Positions 9,215 through 19,645 of a stretch of 64,000 bases of DNA are shown piece by piece (positions within the stretch are counted from its first letter, which is position 1; every line of letters begins with the position of its first letter). Made by a program: the position numbers and the translations under genes. Origin of the DNA: an uncultured Candidatus Saccharibacteria bacterium (GTDB lineage: Bacteria > Patescibacteriota > Minisyncoccia > Phycocordibacterales > PALSA-1337); assembly GCA_964406895.1 (NCBI GenBank), contig CAYOTK010000003.1, positions 9,529 through 73,528 on the forward strand, read 5' to 3'. The notes under the pieces are model-generated. The model did not search any database. It worked only from the letters and a program-made list of their open reading frames with translations, and was not told the DNA's origin.

Positions 9215-12200
9215 ATGGACAGCGACGATAGCTACCCACGCCGAACCAGCGACCATAATGATACCAATAAGTTATCTTTCAAAAAGATAATTTTTCTTTT
9301 AGTTGGCATAATGTTCTTGCCTGGCATAGTTTATTCAGCGACTGGCGAGGTGCAGTTCAGTATTGCTTCTCAATATCAAATTGGTACGGCAGGAAGTTAT
9401 TTCAACAACGGCAATACTATTGCAAAAGTTTTCGATGGTGATTTGACTACTTGGTGGGATGCCAACCAATCATATGCGAATGGTTCAAATGTTGGTCTGG
9501 ATCTTACCGTAAATGCCAAGGTTACAAGAATGAGAGTGGCACCAAGAACTGGTTATACCGTGAGATTATTCGGTGCCGTATTGCAGGGAGCGACGGTAAG
9601 TTCAAGTACAGGACCTTGGACAACAATTTATACGATTCCTAGCTTCCCACCGTTCTATCCTCAGAGGCAACTCAATGAGATCTCTATAGATACTTCAGGA
9701 CAATATTACAGATATTATAGATTGGTGATGCCAAACGGGGCATACGGCTCGCTAGCGGAGATGAGATTGATAGGAGTAGCTTCTAGTACGACGCCATATT
9801 TACCAGTGGCGCCAACAATAAGTCCGATGGGAGGGAGGTTTCATCAACCGATACAAGTCAGTCTAAGTAGTCTGACAACAGACGCAACAATTTACTACAC
9901 AACAGATGGTACGACTCCAACATATAGTGGAGGTTCTCCACAAGGGACAACGCAGTTATATTCAGGACCGTTTATGGTAACAAATACTGCGACGACGACC
10001 GTCAAAGCTATTGCAGTTAGTGCTTCAACATATGTTTCTGAAGTTTCTGATACAGCGTATTTCTATATCAATCCATCATTTTATTCAGGCTGGAATTGGT
10101 ATGACACTTCAGGGCACCTCATAGAATCTCACGATGGCGGAATAAGTTATTTCAATGGTAAGTATTATTGGTACGGAGAAACTCTCAATAATAGTTCTCC
10201 CGAAATTGAGACGTTGGGTGCAACAGTTTATTCCTCGAATGACTTGCTCAATTGGAAATATGAAGGAATGGCATTATACGTCAACAATGCCTATAAACTA
10301 GAAAGACCGCATGTAATATACAATGCGACTTCAAGCACTTATGTTATGTGGGCACACAATGTGACGAATGCAAGAGCCGTCATTGCCACATCCAGTTCAC
10401 CGCTTGGACCATTTACAGCGTCTACTACATCTCAAAATCCAGACGGTATGGGCATGAATGATATGACTTTGTACAAGGATACAGACGGGACGGCATATCT
10501 TATATATACTTCAAGTGATAATACAAAGATGGTTATTTCTCGTTTAACGAGTGACTACGCTACTACTTCAAATACTTACATCACCTCATCAGCGAATGCC
10601 AATCGTAGCGCGCCTGCCGTATTCAAACGCGGTAGCATATATTTCTTGCTCAACTCCGGTCAAAACAGTTGGACAGCTACCGCCAATAAATATTCGACTT
10701 CAACAAGTATGTTGGGTACTTGGTCGACCCTTACAAATCCATTCCAATCAAGTGCAGAAGAAGATTATACTTTGGCCTATCATTCTCAAACCACTGATGT
10801 TCTTACGGTGCAGGGCAGAACAGATGGTTATGTATATATAGGCGACAGATTCGATGGTTCTGCGACCGCCTCGGGTTCTCTTTATAACAGTAGACATGTT
10901 TGGTTACCAATTACATTTCCTTATGCAGGAATGATGTCCATATCTTGGGCAAGTAGCTGGAGTTTGGACAGTGCATTTACTTCAGCGACCCTGCCAACTT
11001 CAGTTTCCAATCTTACAGCGACCAAAAACGGTTTATCAGTCAATCTTTCTTGGACTAACAATGAAACAAATTCATATAGCTTGTATTTGGATAGGGCTAC
11101 TGATAGTGCATTTACTCAAAATTTCATTTCAATATTTGCAAGTACAACTTTGAGTTCGTATACAGATTCAAATATCGTTAATGATACAAAATATTATTAT
11201 CGAATTCGAGTTATCACTGCGGCCGGGGTCAGCACATCATCGACTGTTATCGGTGATTTCTTACTATCTTCAGATACCACGGCTCCACAAGGCGAAATAA
11301 CAGTTCCGAGCAATGGAGCAACTGTGGTAGGCAGAACTGTTACACTTACTGCCTCTTCTTCAGATAATATTCAGGTCAGTTCTGTCCAATTCCAAGTCGA
11401 TAATGTAAACGTGGGTTCTTCCGGTGCAACATCGCCATATTCTATAACTTGGGATTCTACATCTGTATCAGACGGAGATCACACTATTCATGTTGTTGTA
11501 ACAGATAGTTCAGGCAATATCGCTACTTCAAGCGACGTAACTGTTCATGTTGCCAATCAGACTGTTACTGTAACTCCCGATGTCTCTACAATAGTCCAGA
11601 ATACAACCGGCAATACTATTGTTATAACAGGTAATGCGACATCATGGACGCCAGGCACTCCAGGTTCACCAACATTTAGTATAAGTGGGGGAACAGGTAC
11701 AACAATTACTAGTCAGACAGTTTCCAATAGCACAACAGCCACCCTAACTATTTCAGCGGGAAGTGCTGTTGGTACTTTCAAGATAATAGCGCCCGATAGT
11801 AATGCTTCAACAACTATAACTGTTTCGGCGGATACCATCGCACCTTTAGTTAGTATTACAACGCCGTCAGATGGCGCAACTCTTTCTGGATCAACTGTTA
11901 CTCTTACAGCATCGTCATCCGACAATGCAGCGGTTACAAGTGTTCAGTTCAAATTAGACAATGTAAGTATCGGTTCTTCAGGTGCAACATCGCCATATTC
12001 TATTACCTGGAATTCAACATCGGTGTCGGATGGTACCCACACTTTGGTTGCTGTCGTTGCGGACGGAGCAGGGAATATAAGTTCTTCTACAGCTATCAGT
12101 GTAACCATCAACAATTCTGTTGTGGCTTCTGTTTCGACATCAAACGCTTCATCCGTAGATATGTTTTCGGCTGTATTCAATGGTGTTATTTCAAATGATG

Positions 12201-15100
12201 GCGGTGCTAGTTCTACGGTGAAAGGTTTCCAATATGGTCTGACCAGTTCTCTCGGCACGACAATTTCCGAATCAGTTTTGGCAGGGGTCGGTAATTATTC
12301 TACAACCACAACAGGTCTTTCATGCGCCACTACATATTATTATAGATTCTATTCAACAAATCTTTCTGGAACTTCGTATGGTACAACCAAATCATTCACA
12401 ACATTGACTTGTCCTGCAGCCTCAGTATCAGGAGAAATACAATTTAGTACCGCATCGGCATACCAATTCGGTACTTCCGGTAGTTACAATAATAGTGGTA
12501 ACGTCATTTCAAAAGTTTTTGATAATGACGTTACAACATGGTGGGATTCTCAGACTGCAAACGGTGCTTATGCGGGATTGGATCTTAGAGTTCCACAAAT
12601 TGTTACAAGAATGAGAATTGCACCTCGAACTGGTTATACAGTTCGTGTTTATGGAGCCATTTTGCAGGGAGCGACAGTTAGTTCGACAACAGGTCCTTGG
12701 ACAAATATATACACCATACCTAGTTATCCTCCTTACTATGCGCAGAGACAGATGAATGAAATTGCAGTAGATACGGGTGGCAGTTCTTACAGATATTATA
12801 GGATAGTAATGCCTGATGGTACGAATGGTTCTTTGGCTGAATTCAAATTGATCGGTAATGCAGGAACAACGACGCCGTTTATTCCTGTAACTCCAACCAT
12901 AAGTCCAAATGGCGGGCAATATAGTTTGCCCATGAGAATAAGATTGAGTAGTTTGACTACCAACGCTTCGATCTACTATACAACTGATAATACAGTTCCT
13001 GCGGTTTCAAATGGCGTGCCTCAAGGCACTACACAACTTTATTCTGCTCCATTCACACTGAGCGCTTCGTCAACAGTTAGAGCGATAGCGGTGAGCACGC
13101 TCGGTCAAAACACTTTCACTTCAGAAGTTTCAGAACCATCATACTTTTATTTTGATACAGATTTCAAACCAGGCCAGAATTGGTACGATGAAGATGGTCA
13201 TCTCATAGAGTCTCATGATGGAGAAGTAGCATATTTCAATGGCAAGTATTATTGGTATGGACAGATATTCAACGGCAATGATCCTGAGAATGAAGCGGTG
13301 GGTGTTTCCGCTTATTCGTCGAGTGATCTTATTCATTGGAAAGATGAAGGTCCAATCATTTATATGGGTAGATCATATATGCTAGAAAGACCGCATGTTA
13401 TTTACAATGATTCAACACATAAATACGTTTTATGGGGGCATCACGTTATATCGTCAGGACATTCAACGGCTGTCGTTGCATATAACGATAGTCCTACGGG
13501 AGCATTCACTGTTGCAACAAGTTCATACAATCCTGATGGTTTGTATTTGAATGACATGAATCTTTACAAAGACGTAGATGGTCAAGCATATTTGTTATAT
13601 TCGATAGGTACAAATACTCAGTTCGTAATTTCTAGATTGACCTCAGATTATTTGCAAACTTCTGGTACGTATATAACTCCTGCCGTTCTTGCGGGTAGAG
13701 AAGCGCCCGCCATGATATTGAGAAATGGTGTGTATTTCTTATTAACTTCAGGCTTGTCTGGTTGGGCTCCAAATGAGAATAAATATTCAACTTCAACTAG
13801 TGTTATGGGTACTTGGTCATCTCTAGTAGATCCATTTCAAACAAGTGTTTTGGAGGATAGACTGACAGCATATCATTCTCAGACTACTGATATACAACAT
13901 GTACCAGGAAGAGGAGATGCTTATATTTATATTGGTGACAGATTCGATTATTCAAACACTTTGGCCGGCTCGCTTTATTATTCAAGGCATATATGGTTGC
14001 CCATGACATTCCCGACCAATAATACTATGTCTATAACGTGGGAACCGACTTGGAATCTAGACACTGTTTTCCCAACTGTTTATCCGCCTACAGCACTGAG
14101 CAATTTCACAGTTAGTAGAAGTGGCACCTCCGCAGACCTTTCTTGGACCAACAATGCCACGACATCTCACATGATATATGTAGATAGGGCAACTGATCAA
14201 AATTTCACTTCAAACGTAGTATCTGATCTTCGTCCCGAAGGTGCGACAACATTTACAGATTCATATTTATCATTGGGCACAGATTATTATTACAGAGTTC
14301 GTATAGTTAATGCAGACGGAACGAATTATTCAAGTACAGTTTCTACTATTGTAGTTGATAGTACGGCTCCAACACTTTCCTTGGCGTCTCCCTCTGGTAC
14401 TTTATCTATAAATACTACAAGTACATCTCTCAGTATTCAGACAAGTGAAAATGCTACATGTAAATATTCAACAATTTCCAATATTACATACTTGAGCATG
14501 ACCGCCTTCGACAACACAGGAGCTACCACGCACACGACAAATGTCAGTGGTTTGAGTAATGGTTCAACTTACAATTATTACGTCAAATGCGCAGACAGTT
14601 CGAATAATATAAGTGATCAAGCAACTATTACTTTCTCTGTGGCAAGTGAGACAGCGCCAACGCCTACACCGACCTCAGCATATGATCAGTCAGCCCATAC
14701 TTCATACGGTTCTTTTAATCTATATTATTACAACAAATATGTTGTACCAAACTTGCCACAAAATATTAAATCCAAGACAACTTCTAATAATCAGAAAAAT
14801 AATAATGTTTCAAGTTTCACTTCATTCAAGACAGAAATTAAAATGGGTTCTATAACAGAAGATGTTAGGGAATTGCAGAGGTTCCTGAATAAAAATGGTT
14901 TTCCAGTTGCGAAGACGGGCCCTGGATCCCCAGGCAAGGAAACAAATGTTTTCTCTACAGGAACTCAAGCAGCACTTATGAAATTCCAGGAAAAATACAA
15001 AAAACAGATTCTGGTTCCTGCTGGTCTCAATAAACCAAATGGTGTATTGGGTCCAAATACTAGGAAGCTCATTAATTCTATGAATGGAAAAAATAACTAG
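9215..15100 (+). CDS. large surface protein: 2x [discoidin/F5-8C-like + Fn3-associated + GH43_24 + FN3], Ig-like (Big) domains, C-terminal peptidoglycan-binding domain
   Basis: Signal/TM segment; KVFDGDLTTWWD; IYYTTDGTTP; WYDxxGHLIESHDG...YYWYG, ERPHVIYN, HSQTT; PYSITWDSTSVSDG; DVRELQRFLN...GVLGPNTR. Confidence 0.85.
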   Translation: MDSDDSYPRRTSDHNDTNKLSFKKIIFLLVGIMFLPGIVYSATGEVQFSIASQYQIGTAGSYFNNGNTIAKVFDGDLTTWWDANQSYANGSNVGLDLTVNAKVTRMRVAPRTGYTVRLFGAVLQGATVSSSTGPWTTIYTIPSFPPFYPQRQLNEISIDTSGQYYRYYRLVMPNGAYGSLAEMRLIGVASSTTPYLPVAPTISPMGGRFHQPIQVSLSSLTTDATIYYTTDGTTPTYSGGSPQGTTQLYSGPFMVTNTATTTVKAIAVSASTYVSEVSDTAYFYINPSFYSGWNWYDTSGHLIESHDGGISYFNGKYYWYGETLNNSSPEIETLGATVYSSNDLLNWKYEGMALYVNNAYKLERPHVIYNATSSTYVMWAHNVTNARAVIATSSSPLGPFTASTTSQNPDGMGMNDMTLYKDTDGTAYLIYTSSDNTKMVISRLTSDYATTSNTYITSSANANRSAPAVFKRGSIYFLLNSGQNSWTATANKYSTSTSMLGTWSTLTNPFQSSAEEDYTLAYHSQTTDVLTVQGRTDGYVYIGDRFDGSATASGSLYNSRHVWLPITFPYAGMMSISWASSWSLDSAFTSATLPTSVSNLTATKNGLSVNLSWTNNETNSYSLYLDRATDSAFTQNFISIFASTTLSSYTDSNIVNDTKYYYRIRVITAAGVSTSSTVIGDFLLSSDTTAPQGEITVPSNGATVVGRTVTLTASSSDNIQVSSVQFQVDNVNVGSSGATSPYSITWDSTSVSDGDHTIHVVVTDSSGNIATSSDVTVHVANQTVTVTPDVSTIVQNTTGNTIVITGNATSWTPGTPGSPTFSISGGTGTTITSQTVSNSTTATLTISAGSAVGTFKIIAPDSNASTTITVSADTIAPLVSITTPSDGATLSGSTVTLTASSSDNAAVTSVQFKLDNVSIGSSGATSPYSITWNSTSVSDGTHTLVAVVADGAGNISSSTAISVTINNSVVASVSTSNASSVDMFSAVFNGVISNDGGASSTVKGFQYGLTSSLGTTISESVLAGVGNYSTTTTGLSCATTYYYRFYSTNLSGTSYGTTKSFTTLTCPAASVSGEIQFSTASAYQFGTSGSYNNSGNVISKVFDNDVTTWWDSQTANGAYAGLDLRVPQIVTRMRIAPRTGYTVRVYGAILQGATVSSTTGPWTNIYTIPSYPPYYAQRQMNEIAVDTGGSSYRYYRIVMPDGTNGSLAEFKLIGNAGTTTPFIPVTPTISPNGGQYSLPMRIRLSSLTTNASIYYTTDNTVPAVSNGVPQGTTQLYSAPFTLSASSTVRAIAVSTLGQNTFTSEVSEPSYFYFDTDFKPGQNWYDEDGHLIESHDGEVAYFNGKYYWYGQIFNGNDPENEAVGVSAYSSSDLIHWKDEGPIIYMGRSYMLERPHVIYNDSTHKYVLWGHHVISSGHSTAVVAYNDSPTGAFTVATSSYNPDGLYLNDMNLYKDVDGQAYLLYSIGTNTQFVISRLTSDYLQTSGTYITPAVLAGREAPAMILRNGVYFLLTSGLSGWAPNENKYSTSTSVMGTWSSLVDPFQTSVLEDRLTAYHSQTTDIQHVPGRGDAYIYIGDRFDYSNTLAGSLYYSRHIWLPMTFPTNNTMSITWEPTWNLDTVFPTVYPPTALSNFTVSRSGTSADLSWTNNATTSHMIYVDRATDQNFTSNVVSDLRPEGATTFTDSYLSLGTDYYYRVRIVNADGTNYSSTVSTIVVDSTAPTLSLASPSGTLSINTTSTSLSIQTSENATCKYSTISNITYLSMTAFDNTGATTHTTNVSGLSNGSTYNYYVKCADSSNNISDQATITFSVASETAPTPTPTSAYDQSAHTSYGSFNLYYYNKYVVPNLPQNIKSKTTSNNQKNNNVSSFTSFKTEIKMGSITEDVRELQRFLNKNGFPVAKTGPGSPGKETNVFSTGTQAALMKFQEKYKKQILVPAGLNKPNGVLGPNTRKLINSMNGKNN
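9344..14360 (+). repeat. intragenic duplication of a ~640-aa module (copy 1 from 9344, copy 2 from 12431)
   Basis: GEVQFSIASQYQIGTAGSY vs GEIQFSTASAYQFGTSGSY, and shared LQGATVSSxTGPWT. Confidence 0.85.
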
Positions 15101-15119
15101 ATTTTGCTAATATTCTCGT

Positions 15120-17273
15120 ATGGACAAGAAATTCCTGAAACCGTACGATCCCGCAAATACTGAAGCTAATATCTATGCCAAATGGGAGGAAAGCGGTTTT
15201 TTCAACCCAGACAAATTGCCGGGAGACAGAAAGCAAACTTTCACAATCATGTTGCCCCCACCGAACGCAACAGGTATTTTGCATTTAGGGCACGCTCTCG
15301 AAAGTGCAATACAAGACATTGCAACAAGATATTCACGCATGAAAGGCAAGAAATCCCTATGGCTTCCAGGAACTGATCATGCAGCCATAGCCACCAATAC
15401 AAAAGTCGAGAAAGAAATGATCAAAGCCGAAGGTAAGAATCGTCATGACATAGGTCGTGAGGCTTTCATAGAAAGAGTCGAGAATTATGTCGCTGGCAGT
15501 CGTGGCACAATTCAGAAACAAATCCGCAGACTTGGTGCCTCTTGTGATTGGAGTAGGGAAGCTTTTACCTTCGATGACAAGCGCAATTTCGCTGTCAACA
15601 CTGCATTCAAAGAAATGTATGATGCAGGACTTATATATCGCGGTTTCAAAGTTATCAATTGGGATCCGAAAGGTCAAACAACCGTGTCAGACGATGAGGT
15701 TAACTACAAAGCAGAAAAGGGCAGACTGTACACATTCAAATACAGTAAGGATTTTCCTATTGCAATTGCAACAACAAGACCAGAAACCAAAGTTGGTGAT
15801 ACGGCGGTTGCTGTTCATCCTGATGACGAAAGATACAAAAATTATATAGGCAAAGAATTCAAAGGCATTTCTTTCGCGGGTGCCACTTTGAATATCAAAA
15901 TAATTTCAGACGAGAATATTGATCCGCTTTTCGGCACGGGCGCGGTCGGAGTTACACCAGCTCATAGTTTGGTGGACGCGGATATGGCACAGAAGAACAA
16001 TTTACCAATGATTCAGGTCACAGATGAATATGCTCGCATGAATGAGAATGCTGGTCCAATTGTTTCTGGCAAGAAAACAAAAGAAGCAAGAGATATTATT
16101 GTTGCTTGGCTCAAAGAAAATAATTTGCTTCTGGAAGAAAAAGAAATAGACATGAATATTTCTGTGGCCGAGAGAAGCGGCGGCGTTATAGAGCCTATGC
16201 CAAAATTGCAGTGGTTCGTCAATGTCAATCATCCTATAGCCAAAAGAGGCGGCAAAACTCTCAAACAACTTATGCAGGAACCTGTCCTGAGTGGTGATAT
16301 CAAAATCATGCCTGATCGATTCGAGAAAATATACTTTCATTGGATATCCAATCTTCGTGACTGGTGTATTAGTAGGCAGCTATGGTATGGGCACAGAATT
16401 CCTGTTTGGTATAAAGACAAAGAAATATACTGTGGCACAGTGGCTCCGGAAGATTCCGGCTGGAAGCAAGACGAGGACACGCTAGATACGTGGTTTTCTT
16501 CAGCTTTGTGGACTTTTTCTACATTAGGCTGGCCTGAACAAACCAAAGATCTCAAAACTTTCCATCCAACAGATCTTATGGCTCCAGGTTATGAAATTCT
16601 ATTTTTCTGGGTTGCAAGAATGATATTAATGTCTCAATTTCTTGTCGGTGAGATTCCATTCAGGACTGTATATCTACACGGAATATTGCGTGACAAAAAA
16701 GGCCAGAAATTCAGCAAGTCTCTCGGAAATGGAATAGATCCCATAGAAATTATCAACAAATATGGTGCAGATGCGCTCCGTATGTCTCTTGTTGTTGGTA
16801 TTGGTCCAGGGAATGACGCCAACTTTGATGAAAACAAAGTCAAATCATACAAAAATTTCGCCAACAAACTCTGGAACATTACTCGATTCGTTTTGTCGAG
16901 CACGGAAGATGTGAGTGTAGATAGAGCATTTGATAGTTATTCATCTGTTGATACAGAGATTTGGAAGACATGGCGAGATTCTTTGAAGGATATTATCACT
17001 GACATGGACAACCTCAGATATTACCTTGCTGCAGAAAAACTCTATCATTATGCTTGGCATACTTTTGCTGACATAATTCTCGAACAAAGTAAGGAAATAT
17101 TACTAAATGGTCAAGAATATGACAAAGTTTCCCGTAAGAATTTATTGCTCAATATTTTGAGTGAGATACTTATTTGTTTGCACCCATTCATGCCTTTTGT
17201 TACAGAAGAAATATGGTCTTCAATGCCGATTAATGATAAGAAGATGCTCATCATCGAATCTTGGCCAATATAA
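15120..17273 (+). CDS. valS: valine--tRNA ligase (short form)
   Basis: PPPNATGILHLGH, DWCISRQLWYGHRIP, DTWFSS, KFSKS. Confidence 0.97.
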   Translation: MDKKFLKPYDPANTEANIYAKWEESGFFNPDKLPGDRKQTFTIMLPPPNATGILHLGHALESAIQDIATRYSRMKGKKSLWLPGTDHAAIATNTKVEKEMIKAEGKNRHDIGREAFIERVENYVAGSRGTIQKQIRRLGASCDWSREAFTFDDKRNFAVNTAFKEMYDAGLIYRGFKVINWDPKGQTTVSDDEVNYKAEKGRLYTFKYSKDFPIAIATTRPETKVGDTAVAVHPDDERYKNYIGKEFKGISFAGATLNIKIISDENIDPLFGTGAVGVTPAHSLVDADMAQKNNLPMIQVTDEYARMNENAGPIVSGKKTKEARDIIVAWLKENNLLLEEKEIDMNISVAERSGGVIEPMPKLQWFVNVNHPIAKRGGKTLKQLMQEPVLSGDIKIMPDRFEKIYFHWISNLRDWCISRQLWYGHRIPVWYKDKEIYCGTVAPEDSGWKQDEDTLDTWFSSALWTFSTLGWPEQTKDLKTFHPTDLMAPGYEILFFWVARMILMSQFLVGEIPFRTVYLHGILRDKKGQKFSKSLGNGIDPIEIINKYGADALRMSLVVGIGPGNDANFDENKVKSYKNFANKLWNITRFVLSSTEDVSVDRAFDSYSSVDTEIWKTWRDSLKDIITDMDNLRYYLAAEKLYHYAWHTFADIILEQSKEILLNGQEYDKVSRKNLLLNILSEILICLHPFMPFVTEEIWSSMPINDKKMLIIESWPI

Positions 17274-17274
17274 A

Positions 17275-17943
17275 ATGTTTAATAAGGAAAAGCTCATCAC
17301 GAAATTCGTCAGAATTACGCAGTTTGCGACATGGCCAATATTATATCCGCTCTTTCATGTTATGTTTCGTATAGAAATTATCAATCGTCACAAAATTGAT
17401 AATATATCAAGACCTTTTATTATTGTCGCCAATCATACCAATTTCTACGATAGTTTTATCTTCAGAATTGTTTTTGGTTTCAAATATTTGCCACTTAGAT
17501 TCATGGCTGTTACAAAGTTTGATTGGGATTTCCTGAACAAATTGGCTCATTGTGGAATTATCAATTTTATATACTCATTATTTGGAGTTTTTACGGTCAC
17601 TCCAGGTCTTGGTATTGAGAAAAATCTTATTCGTCCCATAAACATTATCCGAAATGGTGGCAATGTTCTCATATACCCTGAGGGTCGTATTATTCATTCA
17701 GAGCACATTGGTCCATTCAAGAAGGGTGCTGTTGTTCTTGCTCAGAAAACTGGTAGAGATATTTTGCCTATATGTATGAAATTTACCAAAACCAATTCAT
17801 ATCGTAAGCATTTGAAAATAATTATTTTGAAGAAATTCAGATGTCCAGCTCACAAATCTTCTGATGTTTTGACCAATGAACTAAGAGATATTATTGTGGC
17901 AGTGAATGATGCTTCCGAGAGTCATTCAGGAAGGGAAGTGTGA
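17275..17943 (+). CDS. PlsC-type (lysophospholipid) acyltransferase 1
   Basis: NHTNFYD (HX4D), IYPEGR, FKKGAVVLA; ATG one base after the valS stop. Confidence 0.88.
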   Translation: MFNKEKLITKFVRITQFATWPILYPLFHVMFRIEIINRHKIDNISRPFIIVANHTNFYDSFIFRIVFGFKYLPLRFMAVTKFDWDFLNKLAHCGIINFIYSLFGVFTVTPGLGIEKNLIRPINIIRNGGNVLIYPEGRIIHSEHIGPFKKGAVVLAQKTGRDILPICMKFTKTNSYRKHLKIIILKKFRCPAHKSSDVLTNELRDIIVAVNDASESHSGREV

Positions 17944-19603
17944 CTGTTACAGTTGCGCCCATATTTTCTCCAGGGGATTCGATCGTGATTTCCCCTCTAT
18001 GCGCACGAACTATTGCACGAGCCACTGACAGGCCTATGCCCATGCCGATTGGGTGAGTATCTTGAGCCTTTTTGCTCCTATAGAATAGTCGAGTAAATAA
18101 ATTATTTCTTTCTTCTTTTGTAATACCCACGCCCGTGTTTTCTACGAATACTTGGAGGACTTCACTCTCATGGCCGTGCATATTTTTCACTGATCTTTCT
18201 GTAGAGATTTTTATTTCGCCGTCTTTTCTGTTGTAACGTATAGCATTTTCTATGATTATCAATACGACTTCATGGATTTTGCTTATATCAACGTCTATTT
18301 CAGGCCAGTTTCTATCGTCTTTTGGATAAGTAATATTTATATTCATATTTCCTATATCGATTTTGAGCTCGCTCAATACTTGTTCCAGAATAGTCTTCAT
18401 GTTCGCTCTTGATATTTCGAGGATTTCTGAGCCGGTCCTAATAGCTGTAATATTCAGGAAATCATCCACCAACCTAAGTAATCTCCGCGTGCAAATGTCT
18501 ATATTACGTATCGAAGTCATTGCTTCTTCATTGATCGCGCCCCGTTCGCCCTTCATAAGTGCTTCTGTTTCCCAACGAATACTGGTAACTGGTGTGCGCA
18601 AATTATGCTGTGTAATCATAATGAACTGATCTTTCGTCTCATTGAGTTTTTCCAATTCTCGCCTGACGCCTTTTTCCATCTCAAACGCCTTCTTCACTTC
18701 CGCTGTTTGCTCCGCGACCTTCTGTTCCAGGGTGAGGTTGAGGATGCGGAGGGATTCTTGTTGATTGACTTCATGAATAATACTTTTAAATAGATACAAA
18801 GAAAAAATTATAAATAATATTAAGGTAGCAATCTTAAGCAAAACATTTGAGTTAATATCTGTAAAAATATTTATGAAGAATAATAGCGTCATACCGACAG
18901 CGAGTAGTTCAGCAATTACTGCCTTAACGTCCATTTGTTTATATTTGATTATGGAATATGAAATAATTGGAATCCATATTATTTCCGAAGCCGCCCCCAG
19001 CCAATTTAATTTGAAGTATCCGAGCCTAGGTAAAATTATACACATAATTGTTGCTGGTATTGAACCTGTTACGATGGTTAGTAACATGAATTTAATATTT
19101 GATCTGATTTTAATATCTATATTTCGGATTAATTTTTTTAGTAATATCAAGATTCCAAACACGAAGCAGAAGCCAAATATAAATTCAAACACAAATGAAA
19201 TTGGCCCAAAATCCCATCTCCAGTAGCCGGTGGTACTTAGATTGACCGTTGATATTATGCCTTCAGTAAATATAAAAATAATGCCGAGAGCCACTGATAA
19301 CAGAGTAAGGATATTTTGATATATTTTATTTACGTTATGGTTTTCTGGATAAGACAGAAAAAATATTAGAAAACTAATTGCAATTATATCGCCCATAAGG
19401 TAATTAATTCTTGCCACGTATAATGCAAGTTCTGCTGATCTCGTAGATGTTAAAATTGCAACACCAGCAATCCAGATTGATACCCAGAATATGCTATTTG
19501 AAAAAGCTTTGGAGGATATCTTGTCACTACCTAATCTTATAATAAGAGCCAAGCTAAATATAATTGAAGCCACGATCCACACAATTAGTGAAATATTAAC
19601 CAT
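17891..19603 (-). CDS. sensor histidine kinase 1 with N-terminal 7TM-type membrane domain
   Basis: ~8-9 hydrophobic helices, H box QHNLRTP, N box ENAIRYN, G1 ENTGVGI, G2 GMGIGL. Confidence 0.9.
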   Translation of the reverse strand: MVNISLIVWIVASIIFSLALIIRLGSDKISSKAFSNSIFWVSIWIAGVAILTSTRSAELALYVARINYLMGDIIAISFLIFFLSYPENHNVNKIYQNILTLLSVALGIIFIFTEGIISTVNLSTTGYWRWDFGPISFVFEFIFGFCFVFGILILLKKLIRNIDIKIRSNIKFMLLTIVTGSIPATIMCIILPRLGYFKLNWLGAASEIIWIPIISYSIIKYKQMDVKAVIAELLAVGMTLLFFINIFTDINSNVLLKIATLILFIIFSLYLFKSIIHEVNQQESLRILNLTLEQKVAEQTAEVKKAFEMEKGVRRELEKLNETKDQFIMITQHNLRTPVTSIRWETEALMKGERGAINEEAMTSIRNIDICTRRLLRLVDDFLNITAIRTGSEILEISRANMKTILEQVLSELKIDIGNMNINITYPKDDRNWPEIDVDISKIHEVVLIIIENAIRYNRKDGEIKISTERSVKNMHGHESEVLQVFVENTGVGITKEERNNLFTRLFYRSKKAQDTHPIGMGIGLSVARAIVRAHRGEITIESPGENMGATVTVTLPFLNDSRKHHSLPQ

Positions 19604-19645
19604 GTTTGATATATTATCTGGTGTATAATTAAAATCAAGTAATAA

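Noticed and set aside
17161-17274. Upstream extensions of ORF-track calls (acyltransferase1, rmuC, cysS, corA, ctpA, udg, rplM)
   Set aside because: They overlap neighbouring genes or promoters; downstream ATGs fit the family N-termini and, for several, the leaderless pattern.
17891-17943. 53-bp convergent overlap of acyltransferase1 and HK1 as an antisense control device
   Set aside because: Short tail-to-tail overlaps are common in compact genomes, and there is no independent evidence of regulation.
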